Assembly: GCA_965200245.1 (NCBI GenBank)
Contig: CBDATS010000004.1
Coordinates: 1,024,001 to 1,088,000 of the forward strand
Source: a bacterium
GTDB taxonomy: Bacteria; UBA8248
Reading direction: 5' to 3'
Length of the DNA stretch: 64,000 nt
Numbering within the stretch: position 1 is the first letter of the stretch; the number at the start of each line of letters is the position of its first letter. Below the pieces are notes generated by a model. The model ran no database searches. It saw only the letters and a program-made list of their open reading frames with translations, and was not told where the DNA came from. The position numbers and the translations under genes are program-made. Below, one piece after another: positions 10,534 to 21,312 of this stretch.

Positions 10534-11640
10534 CTACTTGAACACCTCAAGCCACTCGCCGCGTACCTTCTTGAAACTGCGCTGGGCAGCGACCCAGTCC
10601 TTGAGTCCGATCAGTTTCACCTTGCTCAGGTCCATCAGGAACGGACGCACATTCTCGGGTGGCGTGTAGTTCCCTCTAAAGGAGTAGATGGCTTCGTTGC
10701 CGACGTAGATGTCGGTGCCTTCCTTGCTCATCAGAAACTCGAGCAAGAGCTTGCCCGCGTTGGGATGCGGGGAGCCCTTGATCACGCCCGCCTGGTTGCC
10801 GAGCATGACCTGACCTTCCTTGTAATGGCTCATCTTGATGATCTTGGCGAGGTCGGGTTTTTTGAGGACGTTCTGATAGACACGTCCTGTGAGGTTGAAC
10901 ATGTCGACCGGACGCTCGCAGTTGATAACCGTCTGGATACGGGGCTCGGTGCGGAACATGACGACGGGTTTGGTGGCTTTCATCTTCTGCCAGAAATCGC
11001 TCATGTTCACACCCGCCTCGGTCAGGCCGATGACGGTGTTGGTGGTCGTGAAACTCTTGGTGATGTCAGTCACGATGGTCTTGCCCGTGAGCGAGGGGTG
11101 GACCACGTCGAAGAGCGACTCGACCTTGAGGTCCTTCATGCCCGGGCAAGAAGCGTTCCACACGGGCTGGAAGCTGTAGGCCAAAGGCGTCACGATGTAG
11201 GGGTAGTTGTGATACTGTCCAGCCTTCTCGACGACACCAACGAGGTCTTTCCACTGCCCGCTATCGAGTTTCAAGAAAGCACCGCGCTTCACCGCCGCGT
11301 GGAAAAACCCCGGCGCGCTCACGAGGTGAACATCCACGGTGAATTTCCCTGCCTTGATCTCCTGGCGCACCTGCGCGACGGTCGAGCCGGTTCCCTTGCG
11401 CACGTTGCGGAACTTGAAGCCGTCCCCCAGGCCATAGCGCTTGATGAAGGCGGGAGCCATCACCTTGGAAGTCCGGTCGCTGAACAATGGGTTGATGATG
11501 ACGACACCGCCCTCTTTTTTCGCCGCGCGGATGAGTTTCTTTTCCTGATCGGTGATCTTGGCGGCTTGCGCGAGCGAAGTGCCGGCGACGCACACTGCAA
11601 GTGCGATCGCTGCCAAACCATAGATGCGAAGTTTCTTCAT
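10534..11640 (-). CDS. ABC substrate-binding protein (Fe3+/thiamine/polyamine class), no permease or ATPase next to it
   Basis: signal peptide, AAKKEG, SPHPNAGKLLLEFLMSKEG. Confidence 0.85.
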   Translation of the reverse strand: MKKLRIYGLAAIALAVCVAGTSLAQAAKITDQEKKLIRAAKKEGGVVIINPLFSDRTSKVMAPAFIKRYGLGDGFKFRNVRKGTGSTVAQVRQEIKAGKFTVDVHLVSAPGFFHAAVKRGAFLKLDSGQWKDLVGVVEKAGQYHNYPYIVTPLAYSFQPVWNASCPGMKDLKVESLFDVVHPSLTGKTIVTDITKSFTTTNTVIGLTEAGVNMSDFWQKMKATKPVVMFRTEPRIQTVINCERPVDMFNLTGRVYQNVLKKPDLAKIIKMSHYKEGQVMLGNQAGVIKGSPHPNAGKLLLEFLMSKEGTDIYVGNEAIYSFRGNYTPPENVRPFLMDLSKVKLIGLKDWVAAQRSFKKVRGEWLEVFK

Positions 11641-11693
11641 CGTTTTCCTCCTTTGGGTTGATTGTTCATCCATCTGGGTCAATTGTTCATCCA

Positions 11694-13163
11694 TCAATCC
11701 GTAGGGGTGGGAGAACCGAAAGAGCCACCCCCTCTCAGGACGCCTTCTCTCCCACCGTATCGCTCCACCAAGGCCGCCTGATCGGCTCTGGCTCTTTTGT
11801 CAGCGGCCTCCGGGTCCACGATACCCCGAAGCACGGCTTCGAATTCTTCGATAAGAGAAGTGTAACGAGATTCTCGCGCGAGGTCGAACGCCTCTTCGGG
11901 ATCATTTTCGAGGTCGAACAATTCGGGCGCGAAATTGACGTAGTGGATGTACTTGTACCGTCCTCGCCTCACCATACAGCCCCCTGTAGGCGCGCCCGCC
12001 GCGTGGTACTCGCTGAAAGCGATGCGCTCGGTGTCGTCGTGAACCGCCGCAATTTCGAATCACGATTCGCCAGGCAACTCCCGCTTCTCTGCTTCCGTCA
12101 ACCCCTCGCCTACGGCGGCCAGGATGGTCGCGTAGGCGTCGGCGAGCGAGACCGCCGTGCGGCAGACCTTTCCCTTGGGAATGTCCGGCCCCGCAAGCAC
12201 GAGCGGCACGGCGGCCGATTCCTCATAGAGCGTGCTCTTGCCCCAGATGCCGCGCTTGCCCAGACTCTCGCCATGGTCGCTGGCGTAGACCACGCGGGTG
12301 CGAGCGGAAAGCCCCGCTGACTCTATCGCACCCAACACTGCGCCCACGTTTGCGTCCATGAACGAACACATCCCGAAATAAGAAGCGACGGCCACGCGGC
12401 GTTTCTCCTCGTCCATGTAGTCGTCATACGGCCAGGCCTCGCGGATCGCGCGCACCCAGGGGTGGTGTGCCGGGTCGGCGGCGGACCTGGGTTTGGGTAG
12501 CGGCATCTCCTCCACCGGATACATCGCATAGAACTCGGGTGGTGCCACGAGCGGATAGTGCGGCGCGAGAAAGGAAACGAAGAGCACCCAAGGCCTCTCG
12601 TCCCCTCGCTCGCCCGCTTCTTCAATCCACCTGCAAGCCTGCTCGGCGATTTGGCTGTCGTAGCGCAAAACGCTCGAATCGCCCGGCCCCAACTGCTCGG
12701 CCAGATTGCTTGTGCTCGTCTTGGGCGGCATCTCGGCACGAAGCGCACCCGCGAGGTCGCCTTTCCCGTCCTTTATGTGCATGGGAAGGATTTGCTCGTC
12801 CAGCCCAGTGGGGTCGGTCGTGTTTCGATAGTGGAGCTTTCCGATCGAGACGGCCCGGTGCCCAGTAGCCTGCAGGCGGTGCCCCCAGCCGGGGATGCGG
12901 CCATCATAAGGGTGCGCGTTGTCCCAGTAGCCGGTCTCGTGCGCGTAGCGACCCGTGGCGAAACTCGCCCGTGCGGGCACGCAGATGGGACAGTTCGTAT
13001 AGGCGCTGACAAAGTGTACACCCGAAGTCGCCAAGCCATCGATGTGGGGCGTCTTCACGATTTCGTGTCCGTAGCAACCGAGCATCCGCGCGTTGTGCTC
13101 ATCCGACATGATGAAGACGAAACTCGAAGATTCCACCCCGGCTCTCCGTGACGACGATGACAC
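11694..13163 (-). pseudogene. choline-sulfatase-like sulfatase interrupted by one in-frame TGA (12060-12062)
   Basis: SDEH, CPICVPAR (CxPxR), GKLH, SDHGE; reads GES*FEIA...SEYHAAG...ELFDL in one frame. Confidence 0.88.
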
Positions 13164-13295
13164 ATGAACGATATGCCCGATGGCATATCACCTTCAGGCG
13201 GGGGTTGTGAAGTGGACTTGGTTCAGGTCCTCAGAACTTATAACCGGCATACCTGCATGGTGACGATCGCCATCATGCCGATCACGATCGCCCGT

Positions 13296-14603
13296 TCAGG
13301 CGGTGATCACTTTAAGCTGACGCAGGCGGCTTTGATAGCCGCCGATGATCGAGTCGGTGATCTCGGTCGGAAAATCTTTTGGCAACGTGGCAAGCGTGTC
13401 GTTGATAGCCTGATCACTGCTATCCAATAACTCGGTGAAGAGCCCCTGGACGATGCTCTCGCCCATACCGCAGGCTTCGGATGTTTGCAGGAAATGTCGC
13501 GGGGCGATCCTGTGCACGAGGTAGTGACGGCTCTTGCCAATGGCCATTTTCATCTGCCGTTGTCGCAACTGCTTCGCGTCATAGAGCGGCTGCACTGACA
13601 TCACATCATACAGCGGCGTCAGAGAAAACCGGCTGCGCGGGTGCAGGAACAGGCTGAAACTCTTGGCATGACCGTCGGTCGCAGCCAGCAGCCAGTACAC
13701 GATGACGGCTTTCACGATCAATCGCTGATCGTCTAATGGCGTATCGCTGCCTGTGAACAGGCCGATCAGGTCGGGAAGATCCGGGCCACCATCACTTTCA
13801 TACTTACGGATCGGCGGGACCGACAGCGCCTGACAACAATCTTCCTGCGGCAGGCGCAGCAAGCGCTTGTCTTTGGCCCAGACCCGATCAAACCTCTCGA
13901 CAACGAGTACCTTCCCGTTGCCGAAAGTTGAAATCGCCGTATTGGCAACCGGCAGACCCAAGGCATTCATGAGCTTCATGCACAGATGTTCGTTCTCCAC
14001 CGAGAGTGACAGGTCGATGCCGTCGGACCGCTTGCCGATCTCTGGTTTGAGGATGTGGGTAGTCGCCGTCGTACCGTGCGGGATATGCCACTGATCCTGC
14101 CAATACAGCAAGGCAGTTTTTGCCTGTGCGCCTGCCAGTGAAATCCGAAATTTCTCGTCATCACCGATGCCGAGCGGGCTACCGTCAAGATCACCCAGCA
14201 GGGCGGCAATCTCATCATCGTCGACGGGCCGTGCATCAATCCCGCCAGCCGGCTCTGGCCCAATACCTTCGGGCAGGAACTGCAGCGCGCCGACGCAATC
14301 GCGGCCGATGGCACTCAGCAGGCTGAAGACGTCGGCACCTTCGGCATGGGCGCGCTCGGAAAGCCTACGGCGAATATCGGGATTGTCCGGGAGCAGGTTA
14401 TCGAAAACGGTGATCACCGGTGCACCGATATAACAGTCCTCGCGCAAAGGCAGGGACAGGGAGATCGGGAAGGTGTTCTCCCAGGACAGCCAGCTGTCAT
14501 CGTACTGGAAATCCACAGCGCCGTTCGCGGCCTTGCGCAACTGGCCAACAAGGCGGCTGTTCAGATAGACCGCGAGCGGGACATGAGTTTTTCGCCGGGC
14601 CAT
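13296..14603 (-). CDS. hipA: HipA family kinase toxin (possibly attenuated)
   Basis: HipA N-terminal coupling domain, ISLAGAQxKTAL, THILKP, LVVERFDR, LPQEDCCQAL, TDGHAKSFS, LTPLYD. Confidence 0.93.
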   Translation of the reverse strand: MARRKTHVPLAVYLNSRLVGQLRKAANGAVDFQYDDSWLSWENTFPISLSLPLREDCYIGAPVITVFDNLLPDNPDIRRRLSERAHAEGADVFSLLSAIGRDCVGALQFLPEGIGPEPAGGIDARPVDDDEIAALLGDLDGSPLGIGDDEKFRISLAGAQAKTALLYWQDQWHIPHGTTATTHILKPEIGKRSDGIDLSLSVENEHLCMKLMNALGLPVANTAISTFGNGKVLVVERFDRVWAKDKRLLRLPQEDCCQALSVPPIRKYESDGGPDLPDLIGLFTGSDTPLDDQRLIVKAVIVYWLLAATDGHAKSFSLFLHPRSRFSLTPLYDVMSVQPLYDAKQLRQRQMKMAIGKSRHYLVHRIAPRHFLQTSEACGMGESIVQGLFTELLDSSDQAINDTLATLPKDFPTEITDSIIGGYQSRLRQLKVITA

Positions 14604-14857
14604 CAGAACAGGTTCTCGATGTCCTCAACATTCACCTGGCTGCGCGGCTGCACGACAAGCTCCAGATCGAGCGCGGCCAAGGTGGCGATGATCGTAGCAA
14701 GCTGCGTGGCCGGGGCACCGCCCTCCAGCCTAGAAATGGTCGCCTGGCGCAGATGGATTTTTTCGCCGAGTTGGGATTGCGTCAGGCCTCGCTGCTTGCG
14801 GACCCGGCGCAGGATGGCGCCCAGCTGTTTTTCCGATCTGGCAAGGTGCTCGGTCAT
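14603..14857 (-). CDS. hipB: HipB-like XRE antitoxin
   Basis: HTH LTQSQLG....RQATISRLE; 1-nt overlap with hipA; acidic C-terminal tail. Confidence 0.9.
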   Translation of the reverse strand: MTEHLARSEKQLGAILRRVRKQRGLTQSQLGEKIHLRQATISRLEGGAPATQLATIIATLAALDLELVVQPRSQVNVEDIENLF

Positions 14858-14879
14858 GATCGTGTCCTCCCTGCCTGAA

Positions 14880-14924
14880 TATACGCGATAACGAATAGAT
14901 ATATTTTATACGTGAATAAGTATA
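14880..14924. promoter_or_regulatory. two HipB-type operators
   Basis: TATAC-N8-GAATA (14880-14897) and TATAC-N8-GTATA (14907-14924) directly upstream of hipB; same layout as the E. coli TATCC-N8-GGATA operator. Confidence 0.75.
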
Positions 14925-15371
14925 ACGATAGACTTCTCGTAACAGACATGCTTGCCCGCGGCGGCCAGGGCCTCGGCGAGAACGTCGGCTCAGCGGCCCA
15001 GACCCATTGAGGCAACGCGTACGGGTTTGAACGACATGTCGTTTTCTCCTGTAATGATTGACAAAAGGTTTTATCGGGTGAATATCCCATTTCGCTTTGC
15101 AATCTGAAACTTGCACACCACTTGAACAAAGACCGGCTTTTGGAGGAATTTCGCAGCATGGTTCGCGTCAGACGTGCAGAACGACGAGGTCATCTTCCAC
15201 CGTTACACGAAAAATCTCCACGGAAGGGCATTCTTCCGAGTTCGCTGGACGCTCGGCTGTCACCATGTACGCTCTCATGCAGGTGCGATGAGGGTTGAAA
15301 ACGGAGCGGATCCATGAGGATATCGAATTCCCGACAATGTCAGGGACAAACGATTCATTCCCTGTTTCTCA

Positions 15372-15881
15372 CTACTCCTGCATTCTGAGCGCCGGCATGT
15401 CACACGCGAGAAATCCGCAGGGACACATCGGATTCGCGAGTTTCCTCAAAAACTGTTTTTGGGGGATGACGACAATCATGTCGAGTTCGAGACGGGCGCC
15501 CGGTGCGCTCAGTCCCTGAACACACAGCCCCGTGCTTGCAGGCTTCCAGTCCCCGAAATATTCCCGCAGTACCGCGTTGACGGCATCTCTCTCTCGCTTG
15601 TCGGTGAAGTATTTGGTCACTTTGACGACGTTGCGCCAGGTCAGGTTGCGAGCGTCGAGAACCGTCTTGATGTTTTCCATGACGCGCCGGGTCTGTTCCT
15701 CGATGTCGTGCGGCAGAACGTGTTCCTCCGGCACGTGGGGGTGCTGATGGTAGAGTGGGGATGTCGTCGAACCAGAAAGAAAGAGGATATCGCATCCGCC
15801 CTCGACGTGAATCGCCGGGGCATATGGCATGTTATGTCTTTCCTCGGGTTTGGGGTGAACTTCCTGGATGCCGTCAATCAT
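15372..15881 (-). CDS. RidA/YjgF family protein
   Basis: PYAPA, LFLSG, IEEQT...ENIK..L, VVKVT, PAST, LELD. Confidence 0.88.
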   Translation of the reverse strand: MIDGIQEVHPKPEERHNMPYAPAIHVEGGCDILFLSGSTTSPLYHQHPHVPEEHVLPHDIEEQTRRVMENIKTVLDARNLTWRNVVKVTKYFTDKRERDAVNAVLREYFGDWKPASTGLCVQGLSAPGARLELDMIVVIPQKQFLRKLANPMCPCGFLACDMPALRMQE

Positions 15882-16018
15882 GGTTTTTCTCCTGTTTGCT
15901 GAAACCATTCACTCCGAATAATTCCCGACCCCATAGGTCAGCGGTTCCGATCCGGGCTTTCCGGCTGTATGCGGAAACCGGGTGCGCGCGGGCGCCATCC
16001 TGGAGGTTCCCGATGGTG

Positions 16019-16861
16019 TCAGAGCTCGCGAATCATCCCCCAACGCTGCACCGTATACACTTCGAACGAACGGAGCGCGACGCGCTCGAGCAGGAAGCCG
16101 AACACGCCGATGAGCAATACGCCCGCGCACATGACGTCGATCTGCAGGAAATCCTGCGCAAGAAAAATGCGGTAGCCGAGCCCCGTCCCGATGGAAACGA
16201 GCAATTCGCCCCCGACCAGTATGCGCCAGGCGCGCGAGAACCCCAGTCGATAGCCTGTGATGATGGAGGGAAGGGCCGCGGGAAACAAAACACGCCGGAA
16301 AAACGGCCATCCCCTCGCCCCGAGAACGCGCCCCGCGTAGAGCATGTTGGGCGGCACGGATTTCACGCCCATCCAGGTGTTCACCAGAACGGTCAGGCCG
16401 GCCTCGAACCCGAGGGTCACGATGAGGGTCGTTTCGGTAAGGCCGAGAAAGAGGATGACGATGGGAAAAGTGGCGATGCCCGGAATCGAGAGGAAAAAAT
16501 TCAAGGGCGGGATGATGATTTTTTCGGCGAAGCGGTTTGTTCCCATTATGAGACCGAAAACGGTGCCGATCAGGCAGGCGATGAATCCGCCCAGAAGGAC
16601 GCGACTCAGGGACGCGAGGATGTCCCGCATCAGAATCCCGTCGTTAAAGATGCGGACGATGGTCAGGGCGACTTCGGTCACCGTGGGGAAAAGCGCCTCA
16701 TGAATGATCCCCGTTCGTGCGACGATTTCCCAGAGAACGAACAGGCAAAGCAGCGGCCATGTATTTTCCCAGGCCGTCAACATGTAGTGCACCCACTTCC
16801 CCTTGCCCGGATCGATGATCTCAACGGCTTCTGAATCCACAAGCGCATCGGAATGAACCAT
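16019..16861 (-). CDS. NitT/TauT-type ABC permease
   Basis: SLSRV, EAA-like loop AGRVLGA, PAALP, AWRILVGGEL. Confidence 0.9.
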   Translation of the reverse strand: MVHSDALVDSEAVEIIDPGKGKWVHYMLTAWENTWPLLCLFVLWEIVARTGIIHEALFPTVTEVALTIVRIFNDGILMRDILASLSRVLLGGFIACLIGTVFGLIMGTNRFAEKIIIPPLNFFLSIPGIATFPIVILFLGLTETTLIVTLGFEAGLTVLVNTWMGVKSVPPNMLYAGRVLGARGWPFFRRVLFPAALPSIITGYRLGFSRAWRILVGGELLVSIGTGLGYRIFLAQDFLQIDVMCAGVLLIGVFGFLLERVALRSFEVYTVQRWGMIREL

Positions 16862-16929
16862 TTCGCCCTCCTGTTTTCAGCTTGTTTGCAGCACTATTCG
16901 CGCGGATCCGGAGTGAGCCCTGGGGGAAT

Positions 16930-17778
16930 TCACTCCAGCATTCCGCGTTCCAGCATGTCGGGAGATTTCGAAAGAGGCGGCTGCCGAACCGATCGCATCG
17001 ACGCATCGCCCTTGATTTGCCGTTCGATGAGATTTTCCAGATCGCGTTCGTATTCCATCAGGGGACCGGAAAGCGAGATGCGCTGATCATAGGTAAGGCC
17101 TATCGGAATCGTCTCCACCACCTTGCCCGGACGGGCGCTCAAGACCACCACTTTTTGCGAGAGGAACACCGCTTCCCGGACGCTGTGCGTGATGAAAACG
17201 ATGGTCTTTTTCGTCTCCCGCCAGATGTCGAGCAATTGAATCTGAAGGCTCTTGCGGGTTTGGGCGTCGAGCGACCCGAACGGCTCGTCCATTAGCAGTA
17301 TTTCCGGTTCGGTCGCCATCGCGCGCGCGATGCCCACTCGCTGCTTCATCCCGCCCGATAGTCGGTGGGGAAACACATCGGCGAAGTCCTGGAGGTTCAC
17401 GAGGCGCAGATACTGTTCCGAAATCCGGTACTGCTTCTCCTCGGACATCCCTTTCATCGAAAGCCCGAACTTGACGTTGTTGCGAACCGTCATCCAGGAG
17501 AAGAGCGCGAAATCCTGGAACACGACGCCCCGATCGAGGCCGGGCTCGCTGATGGATCGACCGTCGAGGAGCAGAACACCCGAGTCGAACAGATGAATTC
17601 CGGCCACCACCATCAGGAAGGTGGACTTCCCGCAGCCACTCGGGCCGATGACGGTGACGAATTCGCCTTCGTTCACTTCGAGATTGAGGCCGCGCAACGC
17701 GTGGACGCGAGAGCGCTTCCCGAAACCCTCGTTAATGATATAGGACTTGTCCAGATTCTGGACCAGGAGTTTAGCCAT
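16930..17778 (-). CDS. NitT/TauT-type ABC ATP-binding protein
   Basis: GPSGCGKST, LSGGMKQRV, LLMDEPFGSLD, FITH. Confidence 0.93.
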   Translation of the reverse strand: MAKLLVQNLDKSYIINEGFGKRSRVHALRGLNLEVNEGEFVTVIGPSGCGKSTFLMVVAGIHLFDSGVLLLDGRSISEPGLDRGVVFQDFALFSWMTVRNNVKFGLSMKGMSEEKQYRISEQYLRLVNLQDFADVFPHRLSGGMKQRVGIARAMATEPEILLMDEPFGSLDAQTRKSLQIQLLDIWRETKKTIVFITHSVREAVFLSQKVVVLSARPGKVVETIPIGLTYDQRISLSGPLMEYERDLENLIERQIKGDASMRSVRQPPLSKSPDMLERGMLE

Positions 17779-17913
17779 TTCCTGCACGTTTTTCCTTCGG
17801 CGGGTCAAGGAGACGCTCCCTGACCGATTCTGAAGGCTCGAAAGAAACCGGCCGGTCCGCCGAGGGAGCCTACTTTCCCCCGGCGGTCCCCGGACGGCGT
17901 AATCCAAGGTTCC

Positions 17914-18843
17914 CTAATTTTTCGCGAGCGCTTTGTTGGTGAATTCAAGCAGCAGCGATTTCTTGAAATCGGGAACGAACTTGATTTTTTTGATTTCGCG
18001 CATGATCTGCGCAAAATTATTCACGTCGTTCAGAACTTCATCGTCGACCGTCAGCTTGTCGTAATCGGCGACGTAGATGCCCGCCTTGATCTTGGCTCTC
18101 GGGACGTTCAGGCCCCACCCCTTGTAGGCTTTCGCCAGGATGTCAACCGTCTCCTCCGGATTGGAGTTGATGAATTTGATCGACTTGATCCAGGCGTTCA
18201 CGAACCGCTGGGTGGCTTCCCTGTTCTTTTTCACCCAGTTGCAGTTGGCATAAAGAAAAACCGGGCACACGATTTTTCCAAGCTTTGACCATTCCGTGTT
18301 TGATAGCAAGACACGGGCGAGCCCCTTGGAGACCATGATGGAAGCGTAGGGTTCCCAGGCCACGGCTACGTCGAGCGAGCCGGACTCGAGCGTGGCGGGA
18401 ATGAGTCTCGTCTTCATGTTCTTGAGGACGAAATCCTTCTCCTTCAGCCCCTGGTACTTGAGCAGAATCCGCCAGGCCGTGTAGGTGCCAGATCCCATCT
18501 GGACCGCCAGGCGCTTGCCTTTGAGATCCGCCATCTTCTTGGAAGTCTTGTCCCGCACCGGAACGACGATCTTGGAGGTGAGGCCGTATTGGACCATTCC
18601 GATGACGCACAGCGGGAGCTTTTTCGCCAGACCCTGAAGGACGCGTACGTGCAGGCCGACACCCATTTCGGCGGAACCGCCGACGACCGCCTGCAGGGAG
18701 GCACTCCCCGAACTCTCCGCAAAGACCTGGACCTTGACTCCTTCCTCCTTGAAGAAACCCTTCTGCTCGGCCACTTCGTTCACGACCGCCTGAGGGCTTC
18801 GGTTCGTCGACAGCCTGACGTTGTACGCCGGGTCCGCGAGCAA
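17914..18843 (-). CDS. NitT/TauT (SsuA-like) substrate-binding protein, apparently 5'-truncated (no signal peptide)
   Basis: GFFKEEG, DLKGKRLAV..GS, AWEP; an in-frame TAG just upstream leaves no room for a leader. Confidence 0.8.
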   Translation of the reverse strand: MLADPAYNVRLSTNRSPQAVVNEVAEQKGFFKEEGVKVQVFAESSGSASLQAVVGGSAEMGVGLHVRVLQGLAKKLPLCVIGMVQYGLTSKIVVPVRDKTSKKMADLKGKRLAVQMGSGTYTAWRILLKYQGLKEKDFVLKNMKTRLIPATLESGSLDVAVAWEPYASIMVSKGLARVLLSNTEWSKLGKIVCPVFLYANCNWVKKNREATQRFVNAWIKSIKFINSNPEETVDILAKAYKGWGLNVPRAKIKAGIYVADYDKLTVDDEVLNDVNNFAQIMREIKKIKFVPDFKKSLLLEFTNKALAKN

Positions 18844-18942
18844 GGCGGCGACGGTCCACCTCGTCCGCTACGCCGGCCGCCTTTGGAGTGAAACGCCGCC
18901 GCCATCTTCTGGGCCAGGTTTTACCAGAGAGGAGGAAGTTTT

Positions 18943-19377
18943 ATGATCAAGCGCCACAACGTCACTCCCGAGAACATGTACAATCGTGTCGTGCGCGGGA
19001 ATCACATGTACACGCCCGTGGTAGTCGTGGAGACCGGGGACCACGCGCACATCTACGTCGCAGGCCAGACCTCGATTCAGCCGAACGGCGACATCGGCGG
19101 AACGGGGGACATGGGCGCTCAAATCCGCATTGTCTGCGAGAAGGTCGCACAAGCGCTCGATTGCGTGGGCGCGACGCTCGACGATGTCGTCCGCACCATC
19201 ACCTATACGACGGACATCGAGGAGTATTACCGCTGCGTGGACGAGCGTTACAAGGTGTTCGACAACCTCCTGCCCACGAACACCCTGCTCGGCGTGAGCC
19301 GCCTCGCCCACATCGACATGGTGGTGGAGATCGAGGCGGAAGCCATCATCGACCTTGACAGGCTGCGGATTCCCTGA
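18943..19377 (+). CDS. RidA family protein
   Basis: IYVAGQ, GDMGAQ, PTNTLLGVSRLA...MVVEIEA; strong GGAGG RBS. Confidence 0.9.
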   Translation: MIKRHNVTPENMYNRVVRGNHMYTPVVVVETGDHAHIYVAGQTSIQPNGDIGGTGDMGAQIRIVCEKVAQALDCVGATLDDVVRTITYTTDIEEYYRCVDERYKVFDNLLPTNTLLGVSRLAHIDMVVEIEAEAIIDLDRLRIP

Positions 19378-19393
19378 CGGGCACCGGGCGCAT

Positions 19394-19772
19394 TCAATCG
19401 GGTAGCGTGGCGATGCACTCGACCTCGACGAGCCAGTCGGGGTCGATGAGGCGGGCCACCTCGATGTGGGTGCTCGCCGAACATCTCCAGGCGGACTTCG
19501 TTCATCGCCTTGCGGTTGTCCAGATCCGCGCTGAAAACCGTGACCTTGACGACGTTTTCGAGCCCCGTGCCCGCTTCTTCGAGAATGGTCCGTATATTCG
19601 TGAGAATCCGGCGCATCTGCGCCGCCGGGTCTCCCCTGCCCACCAAGTTTCCCTCGCCGTCCACGGGAACGCAGCCGCTCACGAACAAGAGCGAACCGCC
19701 GGTCACCTGAACCGCCTGATTGTAGACGCCGAGACTCTTGATCTCGGGCGAATTGATGATTCTGACGCTCAT
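19394..19772 (-). pseudogene. RidA family protein frameshifted by a short deletion near 19470
   Basis: YNQAV..LFVSG..GDPAAQ..VVKVT..EMFGEH, then ASTHIEVARLIDPDWLVEVECIA in another frame. Confidence 0.85.
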
Positions 19773-20301
19773 ACCCTCCCTCCTCTCACGAATAAAGGAA
19801 CGCGACGCCGCGGAGCAATACGCTAACAGCAATACATGACGGTTGAAAAAAGACTATATCGGATGTGCGTCTCCCGAAAAAAGACTCGACGCGAAGATGC
19901 GCTCCTCCATCTGGACATTCCCGGATCGAAGCCAGTCAAAAACGTGCCTCCCAAAGCCTACAGGGAGGTTAGAAATTACGGTCATTCCAGATGAATAACG
20001 ACTCGACAACCGGATTTCATAGTCGATGATGAGGGCACCTCCACGTATTCGGAGCGCAAGGTGCCGCTGTCCGCATGTACAAACATGACATTCAGAAAAC
20101 GCGATAGAGAATAAGATGTTTCCCGCAATGGAATACGAGAATTCCGACAGAGGCGCGTGTTTCGTGCAGGAGATGGGCTGCGCCCCGTGCAGTCGCTCCT
20201 CCAGCCGGCAGAACATCCTGAAGAATTACGTGTGAGCAATGGAATGAACATCTGTACGGTCACGAAGCGTCATTTGTCATGCTCTGCTTCATGAAGAGCG
20301 T

Positions 20302-21305
20302 TTACATCAGACCCAGAAGTGTGGCCGCCGTGTCTCCCGCTATCGACGTGCGCTCATCCTCGGTCAGGTCTGGTATGGCACCCACCGTACCCATGGGGTT
20401 AAAATCTGCCACCGCGAAGGGATAGTCCGTCCCGAGCATCACACGATCCGCGCCGACCCTTTCGATGACGTAGCGAAGCGCATCTGGGCTGTGCGTGATG
20501 GTGTCGAAATACATACGCTTTAGATACTCGCTCGGGAGGCGTTCGATGACCCCCTGACAGGCGGGCAGCGCCCGCAGCCCGTGGTCAAAACGGCCTTGAA
20601 TCCAAAGCGCCATTCCCCCCGCATGCGACAGGCAAAGCCTGAGTTCCGGGTATTTCTCCAAAGCGCCCGAGAATATCAGGCGCGCGACTGCGAGAGTGGT
20701 TTCTGCGAGAAACCCAATCAGATTGAAGAGATAGTAATCACCCATCCGCTCGCGTCCGGGGGGACGGATGGGATGGATGAGCACGAGCGCGCCGAGCCTC
20801 TCCGCTGTCTCCCAGAACGGAGAAAGTGCCGGATCGTCGAGTTCGCGCTCGCACCGATTTCCACCGAGCGCATTCCGAGTTTCGTGACGGCTCGTTCCAG
20901 TTCCGCTGCCGCTGCTTCGGGATTCTGGAGCGGAACCGTCGCCATCGCGACGAAACGATCCGGTCGCGATTTCTCAAGCGCGTACGCTTCGTCGTTCAGC
21001 AGCCTCGCCATTTCTATTCCGAGAGAATCGGGAAGATCGTACTGGAAAAGAAACGGGGGCGGAGATACAACTTGCCTCTCCACCCCCTGTTTTTCCATGT
21101 CCCGTATCTTCACGTCCACATCGTGAAAGCCTGCGAGCAGGGGAATCAGGCGGTTGTCCCCGAACAGGGCTGGTTCTCCCGAGGGAAGTTTCGTCACATG
21201 GCGACCGTAGGGGTTCCCCTCCTCGCGGACACTTTCGAGATACGCTGGCGGTATGTAGTGGGAATGCAAGTCGATAACCAAGGGTCGTCTCGTCCTTTCT
21301 GTCAA
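20302..21305 (-). pseudogene. amidohydrolase_2 (ACMSD/LigW-like), frameshifted near 20850
   Basis: IDLHSH ... VEIGAS / RELDD...VLIHP, SHAGG, GTDYPF split over two frames. Confidence 0.85.
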
Positions 21306-21312
21306 TATGCGC

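Noticed and set aside
9212-11661. Long plus-strand ORFs (485 aa, 402 aa) and similar antisense ORFs elsewhere (e.g. 24167-25462, 35903-37087)
   Set aside because: Shadow ORFs opposite well-supported genes in GC-rich DNA, with no motifs.
12060-12062. In-frame TGA in the sulfatase as selenocysteine or genetic-code reassignment
   Set aside because: The position is not a catalytic Cys, TGA ends many normal genes here, and TAA and TAG interrupt other genes too, so nonsense mutation explains it better.
13164-13295. TYNRHTCMVTIAIMPIT resembling a MazF/PemK fragment
   Set aside because: Too short and divergent to support without a search.
15160-15290. Minus-strand TVEDDLVVLHV resembling a ParE toxin C-terminus
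   Set aside because: Only about a dozen residues with stops nearby; a plausible remnant but unsupported.
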